A stretch of 64,000 bases of DNA from contig OZ244207.1 in assembly GCA_965216875.1 (NCBI GenBank), positions 4,640,001-4,704,000 of the forward strand, written 5' to 3'. Under the pieces are notes generated by a model. The model worked only from the letters and a program-made list of their open reading frames with translations, had not been told where the DNA came from and did not search any database. A program made the position numbers and the translations under genes. This DNA is from Rubripirellula sp. GTDB taxonomy: Bacteria > Planctomycetota > Planctomycetia > Pirellulales > Pirellulaceae. Below, piece by piece: positions 62,627 to 64,000 of this stretch (positions are counted from its first letter, which is position 1; every line of letters begins with the position of its first letter).

Positions 62627-64000
62627 CTACTGAGATGCGGCATCAAGAGCAGCCTGGTACTTTTCGATCTGCTGATGCAAATGCCATTGACCGGGGTCGT
62701 CCAACACACAGGCTTGTTCGACTTGCAGCGCCTCGCGTGTGCGACCGAGTAAAAATAGCACCTCGGCGAGCGTGTCGCGATAAATCGCGCTATCGGGTTC
62801 GAGCGCAACGGCACGTTCGGCAAGCTCAAGTGCCTCATCGAGCCGCTTGCCGTTCATCGCAGCCACCCAGGCAAGGTTGTTGCAGCGTGTCGCATCGAAA
62901 GGGAACGCTTTGATGCTCTCGCGGCCTCGTTCAAAGAACCGCTCAAAGAACTGGTCGGCAATCTGCGTCGCGCCCGCCTCGCGCAGCTCGGGCAACAAAC
63001 CCTCCGCCGAATCGATATCCACCGGATCGAGTTCTTCGATTCGGTAAAGGTGGCGTTTGGCTAAGTCAAAGTCCTTTTGGGCAATCGCAGCACGCAGTAG
63101 CCAGCGACGCACATCCAACGGCAAAGTAACGTACGCGACGCTTCGGTAGTCCGTCGATTCAAGCGTGCCGCTAGCTGCCAAGTCATACCACATTGCGGCG
63201 TTTGCGATATCGTCGTCCTGGATCAAACGCGAGTATTGCCATGCGACACTGTAAAGCCCAGGTCCGTCGGGCGAGCCGATTGCAGCCATCGGCAATAAAC
63301 TCGTATAGGCTTCGCTGGCCAATTCCATTTCGCCGTGTTGACCGAGGTAACCAGCGATGGTGTCGCGCAGTTCGGTCGAAGGGGCACAAAGCGTCACCCG
63401 AATCTGATACAGCAAACGATCGCTCGTCGCCAAGTCATGACGTCGCTTTGCCAACACCCATTGCCCGATCAACGCTTTGCAGGCGACGTCGACATCATCG
63501 ATACGAATGCGCAAGCCTGGTGAGCTTTGGCGTCCCTGAATACGTTGCCAAATCATCTCATAGAGCACTTCTGAAGCCCCACCGCGGCCGCGAAACAACT
63601 CGCTTTCGGCTTTATGCAGGGCGGCATCGACGTTGCCCGATTCGATCATGTAGGTCAAACAACGATCCGCCAAGTCGCTGCGCCCGTGCGTGGCAAACAT
63701 CTTGACGATCGGCAGCGTCAAACGCACGCGAGTGCGCGTCATCATCCGCTCGTACGTGTCCCTTGACTGCACGTTCCGCGTCATCAATTTGTCGTAGACA
63801 CCCGTTAAATCACGATTGAGATCAAATCCCTCGGGTGTTCGGCCTGAAAGCAATTCGTAGGTAATGTGCAATCGGGAAGCGAAAGATCGGCCTGGCAAAT
63901 GCTTATCAACGGCATCGCGAACCAATCCAAAATTAAGCTCATCGACGCCGCGGATCGCCCCAGCCACCGACCGTTGACTGGTCATCGAAAACGACTGTTG
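62627..64000 (-). CDS. TPR-containing protein, 3' part (starts beyond the window)
   Basis: NNLAW...ALELAERAVALEP...YRDTLAEVLF TPR motif; frame open to the window end. Confidence 0.8.
   Translation of the reverse strand, partial: QQSFSMTSQRSVAGAIRGVDELNFGLVRDAVDKHLPGRSFASRLHITYELLSGRTPEGFDLNRDLTGVYDKLMTRNVQSRDTYERMMTRTRVRLTLPIVKMFATHGRSDLADRCLTYMIESGNVDAALHKAESELFRGRGGASEVLYEMIWQRIQGRQSSPGLRIRIDDVDVACKALIGQWVLAKRRHDLATSDRLLYQIRVTLCAPSTELRDTIAGYLGQHGEMELASEAYTSLLPMAAIGSPDGPGLYSVAWQYSRLIQDDDIANAAMWYDLAASGTLESTDYRSVAYVTLPLDVRRWLLRAAIAQKDFDLAKRHLYRIEELDPVDIDSAEGLLPELREAGATQIADQFFERFFERGRESIKAFPFDATRCNNLAWVAAMNGKRLDEALELAERAVALEPDSAIYRDTLAEVLFLLGRTREALQVEQACVLDDPGQWHLHQQIEKYQAALDAASQ

Overview
GC-rich bacterial chromosomal window that looks planctomycetal (Pirellulaceae-like). 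This is an inference from the gene repertoire: BBP7-like Cys-rich barrel, GYF_2 protein, FG-GAP protein, long low-complexity lipoproteins and dense palindromic repeats. Most of it is housekeeping: lpxK, Ski2-like helicase, glycerate kinase, YjhG/YagF dehydratase, fba, tatC, mannose-6-P isomerase, RluB-type synthase, pyrK, gltBD with a LysR regulator, ppiC, WcaJ-type transferase, nadC, comEA-like, uvrB and nrdR. The standout is a ~9.3 kb island at 30173-39428. It is a co-oriented run of a WGR-regulatory-catalytic PARP (H-Y-E triad), a macrodomain, a HEAT/ARM protein, a SWIM zinc-finger protein, a highly structured ~260-nt msr/msd-like ncRNA and an Mx162-like retron reverse transcriptase. A convergent ADP-ribosylglycohydrolase follows. 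This looks like a type XIII-like retron coupled to a complete ADP-ribosylation writer/eraser set. Intergenic spaces carry many dispersed palindromic repeats (several GTAG-type REP families, a MITE-like element, and a ~165-bp array enclosing an orphan gene). Family assignments come from motif recognition only; no database searches were run.
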